Virus record (IMG/VR): IMGVR_UViG_3300032007_000014
DNA: 64,000 nucleotides
Origin: a virus
Taxonomy: Duplodnaviria; Caudoviricetes
Strand: one strand, 5' to 3'
Under the pieces are notes generated by a model. The model was not told the origin of the DNA. It worked only from the letters and a program-made list of their open reading frames with translations, and ran no database searches. Position 1 is the first letter of the stretch; every line of letters begins with the position of its first letter. A program made the position numbers and the translations under genes. Shown here in pieces: positions 39,208 through 49,337 of this stretch.

Positions 39208-41481
39208 TTATTTCACAAGTTTGTAGATGCATCCACGTTTGGAGTAAAGCTGAAGACTTCCCTCATTCTTTCCAACAACCTTGCGATTGAGTTGAATGAT
39301 CACAGTACTATCAGGTTTCACCCATTTCGCGATGTTATCCACATACAGGTGTTTGATCGGACATCTGCTCCTGAATTCCTGAGGAACAGAAATCATGAAC
39401 GGACTGTCTACAAGATAAACTCCGAGAACTTTCCAGTTCCCAACAACAATCTTGGACAATCTACCAGAACCACTTCGTCTGTCAATTCTGACAACATTGG
39501 GTTCTTTGTCGTTCACATGTACGATCACAACATCCTGCATTGGATACTGCGACACAAACGAAACATCACGAAGAGATCCATCGACTGCGGTAGATTTCTT
39601 CGATTTTGCTTTTGCATCAATGTTGAGAAGATATCCTGTCTTTGTTACTCCAATGAAAGAATCACCAACAGGAACACATTTGTCATATCCGTTGACAGAA
39701 CCTACAATTCCCGAAAGAACGCAGATTCCTTTCTTGGACACAGCAACCGTATGCGTTGGTTTCTTGACAAGATACACTCCTGTTGACTTGAACTGCTTGG
39801 GGAGATCCCACACATCACTGTCAACCTTTCCACCCATTTGCAGAAGATGTCCACTTCCTTGGTAGAGATGGAATTCCAACTGCTCTGGATCGAAATGACA
39901 AGTTGGATCGTGTGTAAGAGCATCGAACTCGTCTATTGATTCGATCTGGATAAATCCAGTATCCTTATAACACGCGTATCCCTTATAACTGGGGATCTGT
40001 GTCTTGCGAGGATATTTCATCGAATACTTTTCATCGATCTTCTTCACAGCAGAGATAATCACATCAGGAACATGAGTGAATGTCTGCTGAAGATCGTTGA
40101 TGGATTTCTTGACCTTCTCAATGTCATCAAGAAGATCGGCTCTACCACGTGCCGTCATCTGAGCAAGTGTAAGACCTGCGATGAACTTGGCTTGGAAAGA
40201 GGTGAGTTTGAATCTCTTACAAAGAATCGGAACAGTCTGTTCTTTGGTCTCGGCATTCTTGAAGATCTTGTACACCTCATCAGCATGATCCGCAATGATT
40301 ACAAGTGCCGTCAATTCACGGAATCTTGCAATGAGTTTGTTCAATCTCTGTTTGAGTTCACCGAGAACAGAACGATGTCTCGCGATGTACCAAGCATCCA
40401 ACAATGTGAATGGAGTGTGCTCTTCCTTTTCTCCTTTTTCATTGACATAGAGACGAGATGGTTTCCATGCCATCGTGAACTGACAACGTTTCTTCAGTTC
40501 ATCAAGAAGATCGAAGGGATTCTCTCCACGTCTCACTTTGCAGACGTACTGACCACGCATGATACCTTGTTTCTTACCAGCATGGTCATCCAATTCCTGG
40601 AAGTGCTGATTGATCCAACTGTCTTTCACACGTGTTTGCATACCAGCATCCAACATAACTGGTCCGAAACTCTTCTTGTAAGGAATAGTCTCAAATACAA
40701 TGCGATCTGTTCCGATCTTCAGAACTCCATCTGTTGCGATCGGACAATCGAACACACCTGCTTTATAAGCAGAGATCAATTCGTCTCGATTACGGAGGAG
40801 TCCATATGTTGGAAAGTCAGGAATGAGATATTTTGCAAGACTGGACTGAAGTTTCTTCTCCCATTCAGGATCTGATGTTCTCAACTTCACGTATTCAATG
40901 GTCAACTGACACAGTTCATGAATGCACATCATGGGTGTGTCGGTCTTGAATCCAATTGCGATACCGAATGATCCAATCAAGAGTGTCGTTGGAATCACAG
41001 GTATGAAATTCTCAGGTTCCATACCTTCTTCAGATTCACACGGAACATATGTGAATGTGGATTCTGCAACATCCTTGAAGAAGATATCATTCGCTGCTTC
41101 GGATTCAGACACGTCCACGTACCTTGCAGCAGCGGCTGGTTCTCCAGAATACATACCGATATTGGAGTCTGAGAATACCAAAGGTATGATGTTGGAGAAT
41201 GGTTGTGCAAGATTGGATATCGTGTCATTGATGGAGTTGTCACCATGAGGATGCATCTTCATAACGATACCTGTAAGAGATGCTTCCTTCTGAGTCTTCG
41301 GATGTTCATGAAGTGCCCAGAGAATACGTCGATGAATCATCTTCAATCCATCGATATTATTCGGAAACTTCGATTTGTGAGTATCATTGCCGAAGATCCG
41401 AATATTGTCTTCAATGGCATTGTCTGCAGTCATCTCTGATTTATAATCAGTTGCTGCGAGATGTTCTTTGTCATCAGCCAT
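39208..41481 (-). CDS. gyrA: Type IIA topoisomerase / gyrase subunit A
   Basis: DGLKMIHRRILW, HPHGDNSI, AAARY (catalytic Tyr) and GIAIGF; long beta-rich C-terminal domain. Confidence 0.85.
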   Translation of the reverse strand: MADDKEHLAATDYKSEMTADNAIEDNIRIFGNDTHKSKFPNNIDGLKMIHRRILWALHEHPKTQKEASLTGIVMKMHPHGDNSINDTISNLAQPFSNIIPLVFSDSNIGMYSGEPAAAARYVDVSESEAANDIFFKDVAESTFTYVPCESEEGMEPENFIPVIPTTLLIGSFGIAIGFKTDTPMMCIHELCQLTIEYVKLRTSDPEWEKKLQSSLAKYLIPDFPTYGLLRNRDELISAYKAGVFDCPIATDGVLKIGTDRIVFETIPYKKSFGPVMLDAGMQTRVKDSWINQHFQELDDHAGKKQGIMRGQYVCKVRRGENPFDLLDELKKRCQFTMAWKPSRLYVNEKGEKEEHTPFTLLDAWYIARHRSVLGELKQRLNKLIARFRELTALVIIADHADEVYKIFKNAETKEQTVPILCKRFKLTSFQAKFIAGLTLAQMTARGRADLLDDIEKVKKSINDLQQTFTHVPDVIISAVKKIDEKYSMKYPRKTQIPSYKGYACYKDTGFIQIESIDEFDALTHDPTCHFDPEQLEFHLYQGSGHLLQMGGKVDSDVWDLPKQFKSTGVYLVKKPTHTVAVSKKGICVLSGIVGSVNGYDKCVPVGDSFIGVTKTGYLLNIDAKAKSKKSTAVDGSLRDVSFVSQYPMQDVVIVHVNDKEPNVVRIDRRSGSGRLSKIVVGNWKVLGVYLVDSPFMISVPQEFRSRCPIKHLYVDNIAKWVKPDSTVIIQLNRKVVGKNEGSLQLYSKRGCIYKLVK

Positions 41482-41644
41482 AATTTTCTCCTTGTATGAA
41501 TTTTTAAGTTACACATAAAGTGTTAAATTATTGTAATGTAATACAGATACATCACAATAACACGGATAACATTAGTGTAATATATTCACATTGTGTGAAT
41601 GAACAAAAAAATGAGGGACCACGGTGGGTCCCTCACTACGCGGA

Positions 41645-41767
41645 TTACTCCGCTGTCGTTGAATTGGCTTCGCGAATCGAATCGCGAACCAGATTCATTC
41701 CCCATCCGACTCCGATGAAGACGGCGGAGAACACGACACACTTCACGACAAATTTTACTGCATTCAT
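41645..41767 (-). CDS. Small membrane peptide (40 aa)
   Basis: GGAGG RBS; MNAVKFVVKCVVFSAVFIGVGW. Confidence 0.55.
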   Translation of the reverse strand: MNAVKFVVKCVVFSAVFIGVGWGMNLVRDSIREANSTTAE

Positions 41768-41868
41768 TTGTCTTTCCTCCGTAAGTGTTTGATGACTTCG
41801 AAAACCATCGCGATGATAAAGATCACCACCACGATGGCTTTCCCAACGATGATCGGAAACGTCCACAT
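41764..41868 (-). CDS. Small membrane peptide (34 aa)
   Basis: Not in the ORF track: MWTFPIIVGKAIVVVIFIIAMVFEVIKHLRRKDK, with an ATGA overlap to the next gene. Confidence 0.55.
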   Translation of the reverse strand: MWTFPIIVGKAIVVVIFIIAMVFEVIKHLRRKDK

Positions 41869-41869
41869 C

Positions 41870-42184
41870 TTAACGCATCTTTTCGGGAACGATCGCTTCG
41901 AGATGAGCGATGTGTTCTTTGAGATGCGCAATCTTCTCGTTCACCCAGTTGAGATGATCGACAAGATTGTAACGCTTGATGAAGTTGTACCAATGAAGAG
42001 CAGCAATCTTCTCGAGCGTTTCGATGCGGTTGCGTTCGAACAGCTGAAGTTCCTCTCTGTCTTTCTTCAAGTTTTTAGCATTGGTGGTATCCAAAGCATA
42101 CTTGATGAAATCCACGATGAGGGCTCCCGTCATTTCGCCGATCGCTTCGCCAATAGCACATTCCTTATTCATGATATCCTCCAT
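41870..42184 (-). CDS. Hypothetical protein
   Basis: About 100 aa, helical, first gene of a small operon. Confidence 0.65.
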   Translation of the reverse strand: MEDIMNKECAIGEAIGEMTGALIVDFIKYALDTTNAKNLKKDREELQLFERNRIETLEKIAALHWYNFIKRYNLVDHLNWVNEKIAHLKEHIAHLEAIVPEKMR

Positions 42185-42322
42185 TGTTTAAGGGTTTCGG
42201 TTTGGCTTTCTACCCTAATGATATAGATTTGAATGTATTCCAACTACAATAAAATACAAAAAAGAATAAACGATCCAGAGGGGTGGCCACCCCTCTGGAT
42301 CTTCAAGCGCGCGCTTCAGTCT

Positions 42323-42754
42323 TCATTTAGCGTATTTCTTATACGCGTCCTGTACGGTGAATGTTTTCACATTACCTTCAGGATCACGTATGGTCACAGA
42401 TTGATCAACAATGCTGTAATTCAAAACACGCAAGGCTTCATTGTAACGTTGGTTACTGATGTTGCCTGTTTTCAATGCTCGGATAAGATTACTCCCGGGT
42501 GTGTTGGCTTGTGATGGAAGAAGTCCTAGAACCTCTATCGCATATTTCCTACACTGCTGAGAGAACCACTCCTTGCTGATATTGAATTCCACGAAGATTG
42601 AGCGCAGAAGAATGTCGTCTTCGTGACGACTCTCGAGAACTTCTTCTCTCGAGAACAGAGGTGATCCAGCAGACATCTCGATCTGCAATGGAGTACACTT
42701 CGGTCCATTTAAGAATCGTTCCCGATACTCTTGACTGAGCTCAGGGATTTTCAT
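42323..42754 (-). CDS. Hypothetical protein
   Basis: 143 aa, AAGGA RBS; followed by a palindromic terminator at 42272-42301. Confidence 0.65.
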   Translation of the reverse strand: MKIPELSQEYRERFLNGPKCTPLQIEMSAGSPLFSREEVLESRHEDDILLRSIFVEFNISKEWFSQQCRKYAIEVLGLLPSQANTPGSNLIRALKTGNISNQRYNEALRVLNYSIVDQSVTIRDPEGNVKTFTVQDAYKKYAK

Positions 42755-42785
42755 GTTTGTTCCTTTTGGTAAGAGGATTTGAATG

Positions 42786-43649
42786 TTACTTCAAGTCTTT
42801 CTGCTCAACTCTCCTTCTGAATCTGTCGATGCAGAGATCCAACATGTGATCTGCCACATCATGTTCTGTTTCCATACGACAAGTTTTCACCAGTCCGAAG
42901 AACCACATCACAAATGCGACTTCTTTTCGCAATTGTTCATTGGTACGATCAAGTTCCCTTCTTTGGAAAAGAACTTGTATCGTGCGCTTGAGCCACATGA
43001 ATCCTTGAATGGTATCTATGCTGTATTCGGCTCTCACACTTCTTCTCTTGGTCAACGCTGACATGTAGTACAGATCAAGACAGTTGTCACATAACCTGAT
43101 GTCGTCAGGGAATGTTAGACTGTGATCGATCAAGTATCCACATGGAAGTAACGCAGTGAACTGCGGACAATTGTCTACCTTGATATCACTGGTTGATACA
43201 TCAGAGCACAACTGATAGAAGTACATATCTTCCAGAGGTTTGCTGAAGTCCATCAGTCCGTTGACAATGGATTTTCTGCAAGCTGGATGTGATACTTTCC
43301 TTGCAATCTGCTGTTCTTCTCCTTCTGTAGGAACACATGTGATGTTCACCTTTCCTTCACTGCGTAATATATACTCCAATAAGTTGTGGATAGATCGATG
43401 TGCATCTTGGATATGTCCTCCTGTTAACATATGGTAACCTTCCGCAACAATGACAGTGCAGAAGATCTCTTCCAATGTATCAGAAGGTGGTAACACTGTT
43501 GGGTTATTCAACCACTCCAGTGTACCACCTACCCAAGCTGCCACTTCTTTCCTCCACAAACTCTCTTTGATCTGAGCATTGGTTTTGATATCCTCTTTCA
43601 GATAATCAAACATTCTCAGAAGAATTGTGAATGGATTGAATTTTGCCAT
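42786..43649 (-). CDS. Hypothetical protein
   Basis: ATG at 43649 after AAGGAG, directly downstream of gyrB. Confidence 0.7.
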   Translation of the reverse strand: MAKFNPFTILLRMFDYLKEDIKTNAQIKESLWRKEVAAWVGGTLEWLNNPTVLPPSDTLEEIFCTVIVAEGYHMLTGGHIQDAHRSIHNLLEYILRSEGKVNITCVPTEGEEQQIARKVSHPACRKSIVNGLMDFSKPLEDMYFYQLCSDVSTSDIKVDNCPQFTALLPCGYLIDHSLTFPDDIRLCDNCLDLYYMSALTKRRSVRAEYSIDTIQGFMWLKRTIQVLFQRRELDRTNEQLRKEVAFVMWFFGLVKTCRMETEHDVADHMLDLCIDRFRRRVEQKDLK

Positions 43650-43659
43650 GCATGTCTCC

Positions 43660-46600
43660 TTACTCGATGTAGTTTGCATCCATGAGCTTCTTACGAGCTG
43701 TCGAGTCAACACCAAGCATATCGTAGATCTTCTTCACATCACCGACACCACGAACAACAGAGAAACATCTCGTCTGTGGATCAACGCATGTATAGAAGAT
43801 GGCTTGTTCGGACATTTCGCCGAGACCTTTGAACCTGCGAATACTGTAGCAAGTATCCAGTGTTTCAAAGATGCTGTACAGCATCGTGTAGGTGCATGGT
43901 GCGTGCATGTACAGATCACTGTATTTCGTGGTCACGTACATGTTGAAGTTTCTCCAGAATCCTCTTTCATATTCTGGAAGAACATATGCCTTCATCTCGT
44001 ACTGCAGTCTCTGCAAAGGAACCGGTATTTCAATACCAGAATCGATCAAGATAATGGAATCTGATTCCTTATTGTAAACCACATCATCGATACCAAGTAC
44101 AGACTTGATCTTCTTCACATCCGGATTACCAGAAGTGATATACTCCGAACAATGCAGAAGTTGTTCCAGTATCATGGGATCGATGTTCAAGACGTTAGCC
44201 ACTTTGATGACAGTCTTGCCAATGTGTTTCACAAGATAACAGAAACTCATGAACTGTTCATCATTCAACGTGTATTCACCTTGTTTCGTCTCGATGTAGA
44301 TATCGAGTAACGTACGATAAACACAGTTGATACGAGATTGTTCAAGAGCATCTTGATCTCTCAGATACACAGCTTGATTCTTCATGATGGTTGAGTATAG
44401 AGGAGGATTCGTGATGATCACTCGTCCTTGTTCCAGAATCAATGGATTGATCCTGTAGAATGTACCAACCAACAATGCCACGATGTGACACCCGTCAGCA
44501 TCAGCATCCGTCATGATCACGATCTTGTTAAAGTTCATGTTCGACAGATCTTTGTCGTTGGGTGTGACTCCAATCAACCGTACCATGTCCTGGTAGATCA
44601 GGTTCTGATTCAGTTTCTTGTTATCACCACGGATGGCATTGAATGGTTTGCCTCTTAATTTCAAGATGGCCTGGAACCTGTCATCACGAACTGCTTTCAC
44701 ACGACCACCTGCAGAATCACCTTCTGTGATGAAGAGTTCTGTCATGGATCTGTCTGTGGATGAACAGTTGTAGAACGAACCAATATGGTTCAAGGTATAT
44801 CCAATGCCTTTCAATGACTTGGAGATTTTGTAGGCTGTCTTGGAATACTTGGCATATTCCATCGAGAGATTCTCTTTGATGGCCTCGTAGAGAGTCTCCC
44901 ATTTCGAATCCGGCACCTTATTCAGATACCTTCTCAACATCGACCGATAGAAATCACCAAACCTGCGATTCTCAAACCTTGTTTTGTCCTGACCAATGAA
45001 GTCAACTCCATGAGAATATGTTGCAAGAATATGTCCTGACAATGGAAGCTGATACTTGCTTTCAAAATAAGCGGACAATTCTTCGCCCTCCACATAATCA
45101 AGAAGATGTGTCTTCATGACAGCTTGAAGGACGGCGATGTGAGAACTCTCTGGATGTGTGATCGGGGTTCCATTGATTGCCGCAACAAATCCATTGTGAC
45201 CCGAAGCACTTCCTTCATCCAAGAATACATCGATATCGAAACCGATCGGATCGGAATCGCCCGTAGATTCATGGATCATTCTTCCAAGTTCCCAGATTGG
45301 TTTCTTGAGACCGAATTTCTTCTGAACATATTTTCTGGGACTTACGGTGCTGTCTGTCTTGAACAACACCTTTCCAGAATCATCTCCAGTTATTCGATCG
45401 AATGTCATCCAAGTAGATTTTGGTTTATCCTCAATCACTTCTTTCGGAAGCATTCCATCAATCATCTTTATTCTGACAGTTGTGTTCGTTTTGAACACAG
45501 TGTAGAATTCAGAAAGATCAATGATTTCTTGAAGCCCACCTTCCTTGAAGAAACTCTTCGTGAAGCTGACAATGGACTTGTCCGGACGGAACATAACTAT
45601 AGTACCACATGTGTCAGCATTCTTGTCGAGGGGAGTCTGTGAGATATAGGTGTCCTTAACGTCACCGAATGCAAGTCTGATATATCCAAACCCATCCATT
45701 CGTTTTGACATCACGCAGCATTCTTCACTGAATGCTGCGATCGCCTTCATTGCAATTCCATTGGTTCCTACGGAATTGCCATACGCTGACCCTTCAAACT
45801 TACCAGACGTGAACACTTTGGTGACAGCGTCAATAAGTCTGTCGATAGGTATACCACGACCATGGTCTCGAACAATGACTTGGTAATCATCTTTGTCCTT
45901 GTTGAACAGGAATGTAATCTCAATGAGATAAGACTTATTCTTATCCAGAGATTCATCGATACTGTTATCAAGGATCTCCTTGACCATGAGGACATTGCCT
46001 CGGATATTGCTAAACTGGAAACCCCACATTCCAGGGCGTTTCTTCATATGTGCAAGACCGGATATCGTCTTGATTGACGAATCATTGTAGTCTTCTCTCA
46101 TGCTCTTCTCCTGCAATTGTTTCAATTCTTCTGTTATATCTGGTGTCAGATTCATGAGTTTCACAAATTCCACATCTTTATGTTTATGAAATCTGTGATA
46201 CATGTATTTATAATCAACACCATACATTCTACACCACTCTGCAAGTGTATGAGTCTCATTGTTGTATGTGATGTTTATATTGATCGACCTGTTGTTGGAC
46301 TGATCATATATATCCACCCATCTACAATTCTCTGGACAATAATTTCCATTTGAATTGATTCGATCGATGGATAAATCTTCACGATACCCATGAGTCTCTG
46401 CCCATTCGCGAAATGTTTCGAAATCGTGCCACTCGGGACACACTCGAATACCTCTACCACCGTAACGTTCATAACATGCACGCTGTGGCTGATAGCACCG
46501 TCTTTTCATATCGTACCAAATACGATACAATCTTCCGTCAGAATGTCCGTGTGATAGATTCCTTTCGAATAAGACATCCTTGGCCTTACAACCACACGAT

Positions 46601-46959
46601 TGAGTCTTGTGACTCTTAAGTGCCTTAACAGATACGGTACATATCATTCCACAGTCACATTTACATCGCCACATGACTCGTCTATCGGAATTAACTCCAA
46701 CTGGCTTCAATGCAGTTAATTTACCTGATCTGAGTCCAGTGATGTCATCAATTGGTTTGAATGGTGATTTGTAAGGTGGTACGTCACAACAACATGACGT
46801 GTACTTTCCACTTATGATGTCGCTTATTTGATAAGTGACTGTTTCTCCACATTCACAAAGTGCAATTACTTGTGAATGTTCTGTAAACTCACGACCCATC
46901 TTATCGATGATTGTCAGTTTACCATATTTCTTGTTCTTGAAGTCGTTGAAATTAATCAT
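43660..46959 (-). CDS. gyrB: HNH endonuclease (aa 1-286) fused in frame to type IIA topoisomerase / gyrase subunit B (internal ATG at 46101)
   Basis: GyrB motifs KKRPGMW, EILDNSIDE, DHGRGIP, EGDSAGG, LRGK, MTDADADG, FKGLGEM. N-terminus has GKLT...CKCDCG...SCGC, YGGRGIRVC and SIDRINSNGNYCPENCRW. Confidence 0.88.
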   Translation of the reverse strand: MINFNDFKNKKYGKLTIIDKMGREFTEHSQVIALCECGETVTYQISDIISGKYTSCCCDVPPYKSPFKPIDDITGLRSGKLTALKPVGVNSDRRVMWRCKCDCGMICTVSVKALKSHKTQSCGCKAKDVLFERNLSHGHSDGRLYRIWYDMKRRCYQPQRACYERYGGRGIRVCPEWHDFETFREWAETHGYREDLSIDRINSNGNYCPENCRWVDIYDQSNNRSININITYNNETHTLAEWCRMYGVDYKYMYHRFHKHKDVEFVKLMNLTPDITEELKQLQEKSMREDYNDSSIKTISGLAHMKKRPGMWGFQFSNIRGNVLMVKEILDNSIDESLDKNKSYLIEITFLFNKDKDDYQVIVRDHGRGIPIDRLIDAVTKVFTSGKFEGSAYGNSVGTNGIAMKAIAAFSEECCVMSKRMDGFGYIRLAFGDVKDTYISQTPLDKNADTCGTIVMFRPDKSIVSFTKSFFKEGGLQEIIDLSEFYTVFKTNTTVRIKMIDGMLPKEVIEDKPKSTWMTFDRITGDDSGKVLFKTDSTVSPRKYVQKKFGLKKPIWELGRMIHESTGDSDPIGFDIDVFLDEGSASGHNGFVAAINGTPITHPESSHIAVLQAVMKTHLLDYVEGEELSAYFESKYQLPLSGHILATYSHGVDFIGQDKTRFENRRFGDFYRSMLRRYLNKVPDSKWETLYEAIKENLSMEYAKYSKTAYKISKSLKGIGYTLNHIGSFYNCSSTDRSMTELFITEGDSAGGRVKAVRDDRFQAILKLRGKPFNAIRGDNKKLNQNLIYQDMVRLIGVTPNDKDLSNMNFNKIVIMTDADADGCHIVALLVGTFYRINPLILEQGRVIITNPPLYSTIMKNQAVYLRDQDALEQSRINCVYRTLLDIYIETKQGEYTLNDEQFMSFCYLVKHIGKTVIKVANVLNIDPMILEQLLHCSEYITSGNPDVKKIKSVLGIDDVVYNKESDSIILIDSGIEIPVPLQRLQYEMKAYVLPEYERGFWRNFNMYVTTKYSDLYMHAPCTYTMLYSIFETLDTCYSIRRFKGLGEMSEQAIFYTCVDPQTRCFSVVRGVGDVKKIYDMLGVDSTARKKLMDANYIE

Positions 46960-47116
46960 GCTTCACCTCCATTGATTTGATTTTACACATTTGTAATATA
47001 TGTGTAAGAAGCTCTTGAAGGTGTAAGAACACATATCAAGGATAATAAAAATGAAAAAATAAATAGAAGAAAAGAGGAACACCCTACACCAGAGATGGTG
47101 TAGGGTGTTCATTGAG

Positions 47117-47443
47117 TTAATCGAAAAGATCCGGTCTGGACTCACGATATTCGTTTGCACGATCATACTCTCTTCTTAGCTCATGAATGAATTCATCGAA
47201 AGCTTTTGACGCTTCCGACTTCTTCACCCAAGTGCGACGACCAGCGATCCTTTTCAATCTCTCATTGTAATGCGTAGCATGTATACTCGCCATCACACGC
47301 AAATGAGAATTGAACTCAGGGTCTTCGAACATCGGATCTTGTTCAGAAGTTCCCTCGCGAAGGGTCTCCAAACAAAGTTTCAACCCGATGAGAACTTGGT
47401 AGTGATTCATCGCATCAGCTCCGATACGAACATTGTCAGCCAT
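47117..47443 (-). CDS. Hypothetical early protein
   Basis: 108 aa, AAGGAGG RBS, own promoter (47482) and terminator (47076-47110). Confidence 0.7.
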   Translation of the reverse strand: MADNVRIGADAMNHYQVLIGLKLCLETLREGTSEQDPMFEDPEFNSHLRVMASIHATHYNERLKRIAGRRTWVKKSEASKAFDEFIHELRREYDRANEYRESRPDLFD

Positions 47444-47555
47444 GATAACCTCCTTTTGGTTTGCTGTTTATATTCACAGAGGTAATATATGCACAATTCA
47501 TCATGATAAACAAAAAAAATAAAAAGAGGGATCTCCGAAGAGATCCCTCAGTTAT

Positions 47556-48071
47556 TCACTTGTCCCAGAGCTGAGCCAGACGTGCTTGTCTGTTCACCAG
47601 TCCTGCGACAGTCACGTACGTGACTTTTCCATTGACAATCTTCTTCTGTTTAACCCAACGCATCAGCTGGGCTTTAACATTAGAAGAGTTACCGGAATTG
47701 ATCGCCTTGATCAGATCATTGGCATTGTGGATTGCTCCACTGCCAAAATGATAGATCATATCCGCCATAACAGCCTTCTGATTGTCAGTGAGTTTGACAT
47801 TCAGTTTAAGCTGTTCAACAGATCTGAGGCAACTGTCAACATACGTCATCAAGATCTTGTCCGCTTCCGCCTTGCTCATATACTTTTTGGAAGTGTAGAG
47901 CTTGGAAGTGAAACCATATCCGATGGTTTCCTTCCCGGCAGAGCAAAGATATACATTCGATCTGAACCCCTCATTGCGAGCGATGAGATCGAACGTAATC
48001 TTCTGAAGATCACTGGCGTTGACGTTGACGATGGTCACGAGAGTGACAAGTGCGATGATGATACTTTTCAT
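47556..48071 (-). CDS. GH24 (T4-like) lysozyme with N-terminal signal peptide
   Basis: EGFRSNVYLCSAGKETIGYG (E-8x-C-5x-T), LTDNQKA and GLVNR; hydrophobic leader ending in VNA. Confidence 0.88.
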   Translation of the reverse strand: MKSIIIALVTLVTIVNVNASDLQKITFDLIARNEGFRSNVYLCSAGKETIGYGFTSKLYTSKKYMSKAEADKILMTYVDSCLRSVEQLKLNVKLTDNQKAVMADMIYHFGSGAIHNANDLIKAINSGNSSNVKAQLMRWVKQKKIVNGKVTYVTVAGLVNRQARLAQLWDK

Positions 48072-48203
48072 GTTGAACCTCCTATATTGTTAAGGGTTAT
48101 CATTCATCTACCCGTGTAATATATAGATAAAATAAGACGGCATACAACAGTGCGCTGACTAGACGCACTGTTGCATACCTTCACAGGAGTTGAATGAAAA
48201 AAA

Positions 48204-48392
48204 GGTTGGCCGAGAGACAGGCAATCAAAGCCAGTCAACAGGAAACGGAGCCTAAGCACGGAAGTAATGCAAGTCCCCTCAGCAAATCCACTCCGCGTGG
48301 CTTCCGGAAAGGAGCCCAAGAGTATTGTGCGAATAACACTCACTGCGAAAAGACGGAATGTTCGCATATCGCCAATATCTCTCGGTCCAACC
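48204..48392 (-). ncRNA. Putative multibranched ncRNA (189 nt)
   Basis: 5' and 3' ends pair over ~22 bp with G.U pairs on the minus strand; followed by 7 U. Confidence 0.6.
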
Positions 48393-48403
48393 AAAATATA
48401 ATT

Positions 48404-48711
48404 AAGTCTTCCACACGAACAAACTTGTGCAACAACTGTTAGGTGCCGGGATCACCAACTTTCATTGCAAGAACACCAGATCTTCTACTGATCCATCAAC
48501 ATGCATTACTTGTTTGAATATTGTGTGTTTGAAGTAACCCTCGCAACATCTCTACTTTCAGCATGAGTGGTCTTGTATATGAATCTGATATTCTCATTTC
48601 GTTCGCATGTAGCGCGACGGATGATCAGATGTAGATCACAAAGTTTCCCTAACTACACCACACTTTATCAATGGCGCAATTGAATGCAGTGTGATATAGT
48701 GTGGAAGACTT
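48404..48711. ncRNA. Putative structured ncRNA (~310 nt)
   Basis: Perfect 13-bp terminal inverted repeat, nested and crossing internal stems, no ORF. Confidence 0.45.
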
Positions 48712-48839
48712 GAAATTCGTTTCTATAGCATAGACACGTATGTATCTTATTACAACGATGAAAAACACTAGGGTTTCCCACATAATATGTATAAGGTATA
48801 GGATTTGCCTATCATTTATAACATAAGGAGATATACACC

Positions 48840-49337
48840 ATGTCGATGTCACCGATTGATCAAGCCTTTCATAATTTTGAAGAGGCTATACAAGGGACTC
48901 GTTCCATCCGTCAGGGGTTGATCCATGATCTGAAGAACAAGATCAACATCGTTGAGATGGATCCCAATAATGAATCACCGAGAACTATCGAAGTGAAAGT
49001 TCAGTTGATCAACACACTTGCCGGACTTCTCAAAGATGAAGAATCTGTGATGGAGCGCAATGTGAAACTCAATCTTTCTCGCAAAGAGAGTGAAGATAAT
49101 ACACAGGTTGCTGCATCTATTGGTGCACTTCTCAAAGCCATCAATCTCAATGGGAACAATGGTGGTTCTGGAGAACCTGCTAACATGAGCGCAGCAGGTG
49201 CTGGTGTGGAAGAAGCATTCCAAAAATCCGGACAAGAAATCACAGAAGGTGAACTCCAGGAATGTCAGGGTGGTCCGACCACATCCGCTCCCGTTGATGA
49301 CAAGAAGATCCTCGAAGAACCAAAGAAAGAAGACTGA
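48840..49337 (+). CDS. Hypothetical protein
   Basis: 165 aa, AAGGAG RBS. Confidence 0.7.
   Translation: MSMSPIDQAFHNFEEAIQGTRSIRQGLIHDLKNKINIVEMDPNNESPRTIEVKVQLINTLAGLLKDEESVMERNVKLNLSRKESEDNTQVAASIGALLKAINLNGNNGGSGEPANMSAAGAGVEEAFQKSGQEITEGELQECQGGPTTSAPVDDKKILEEPKKED

Noticed and set aside
46100-46959. Intein in GyrB
   Set aside because: The endonuclease is N-terminal with no upstream extein and no C/S...HN splice motifs.
48204-48393. tmRNA or tRNA-like gene (plus strand ends in CCA)
   Set aside because: No alanine-type acceptor or T-arm, and G.U pairs plus the U-tract favour the opposite strand.
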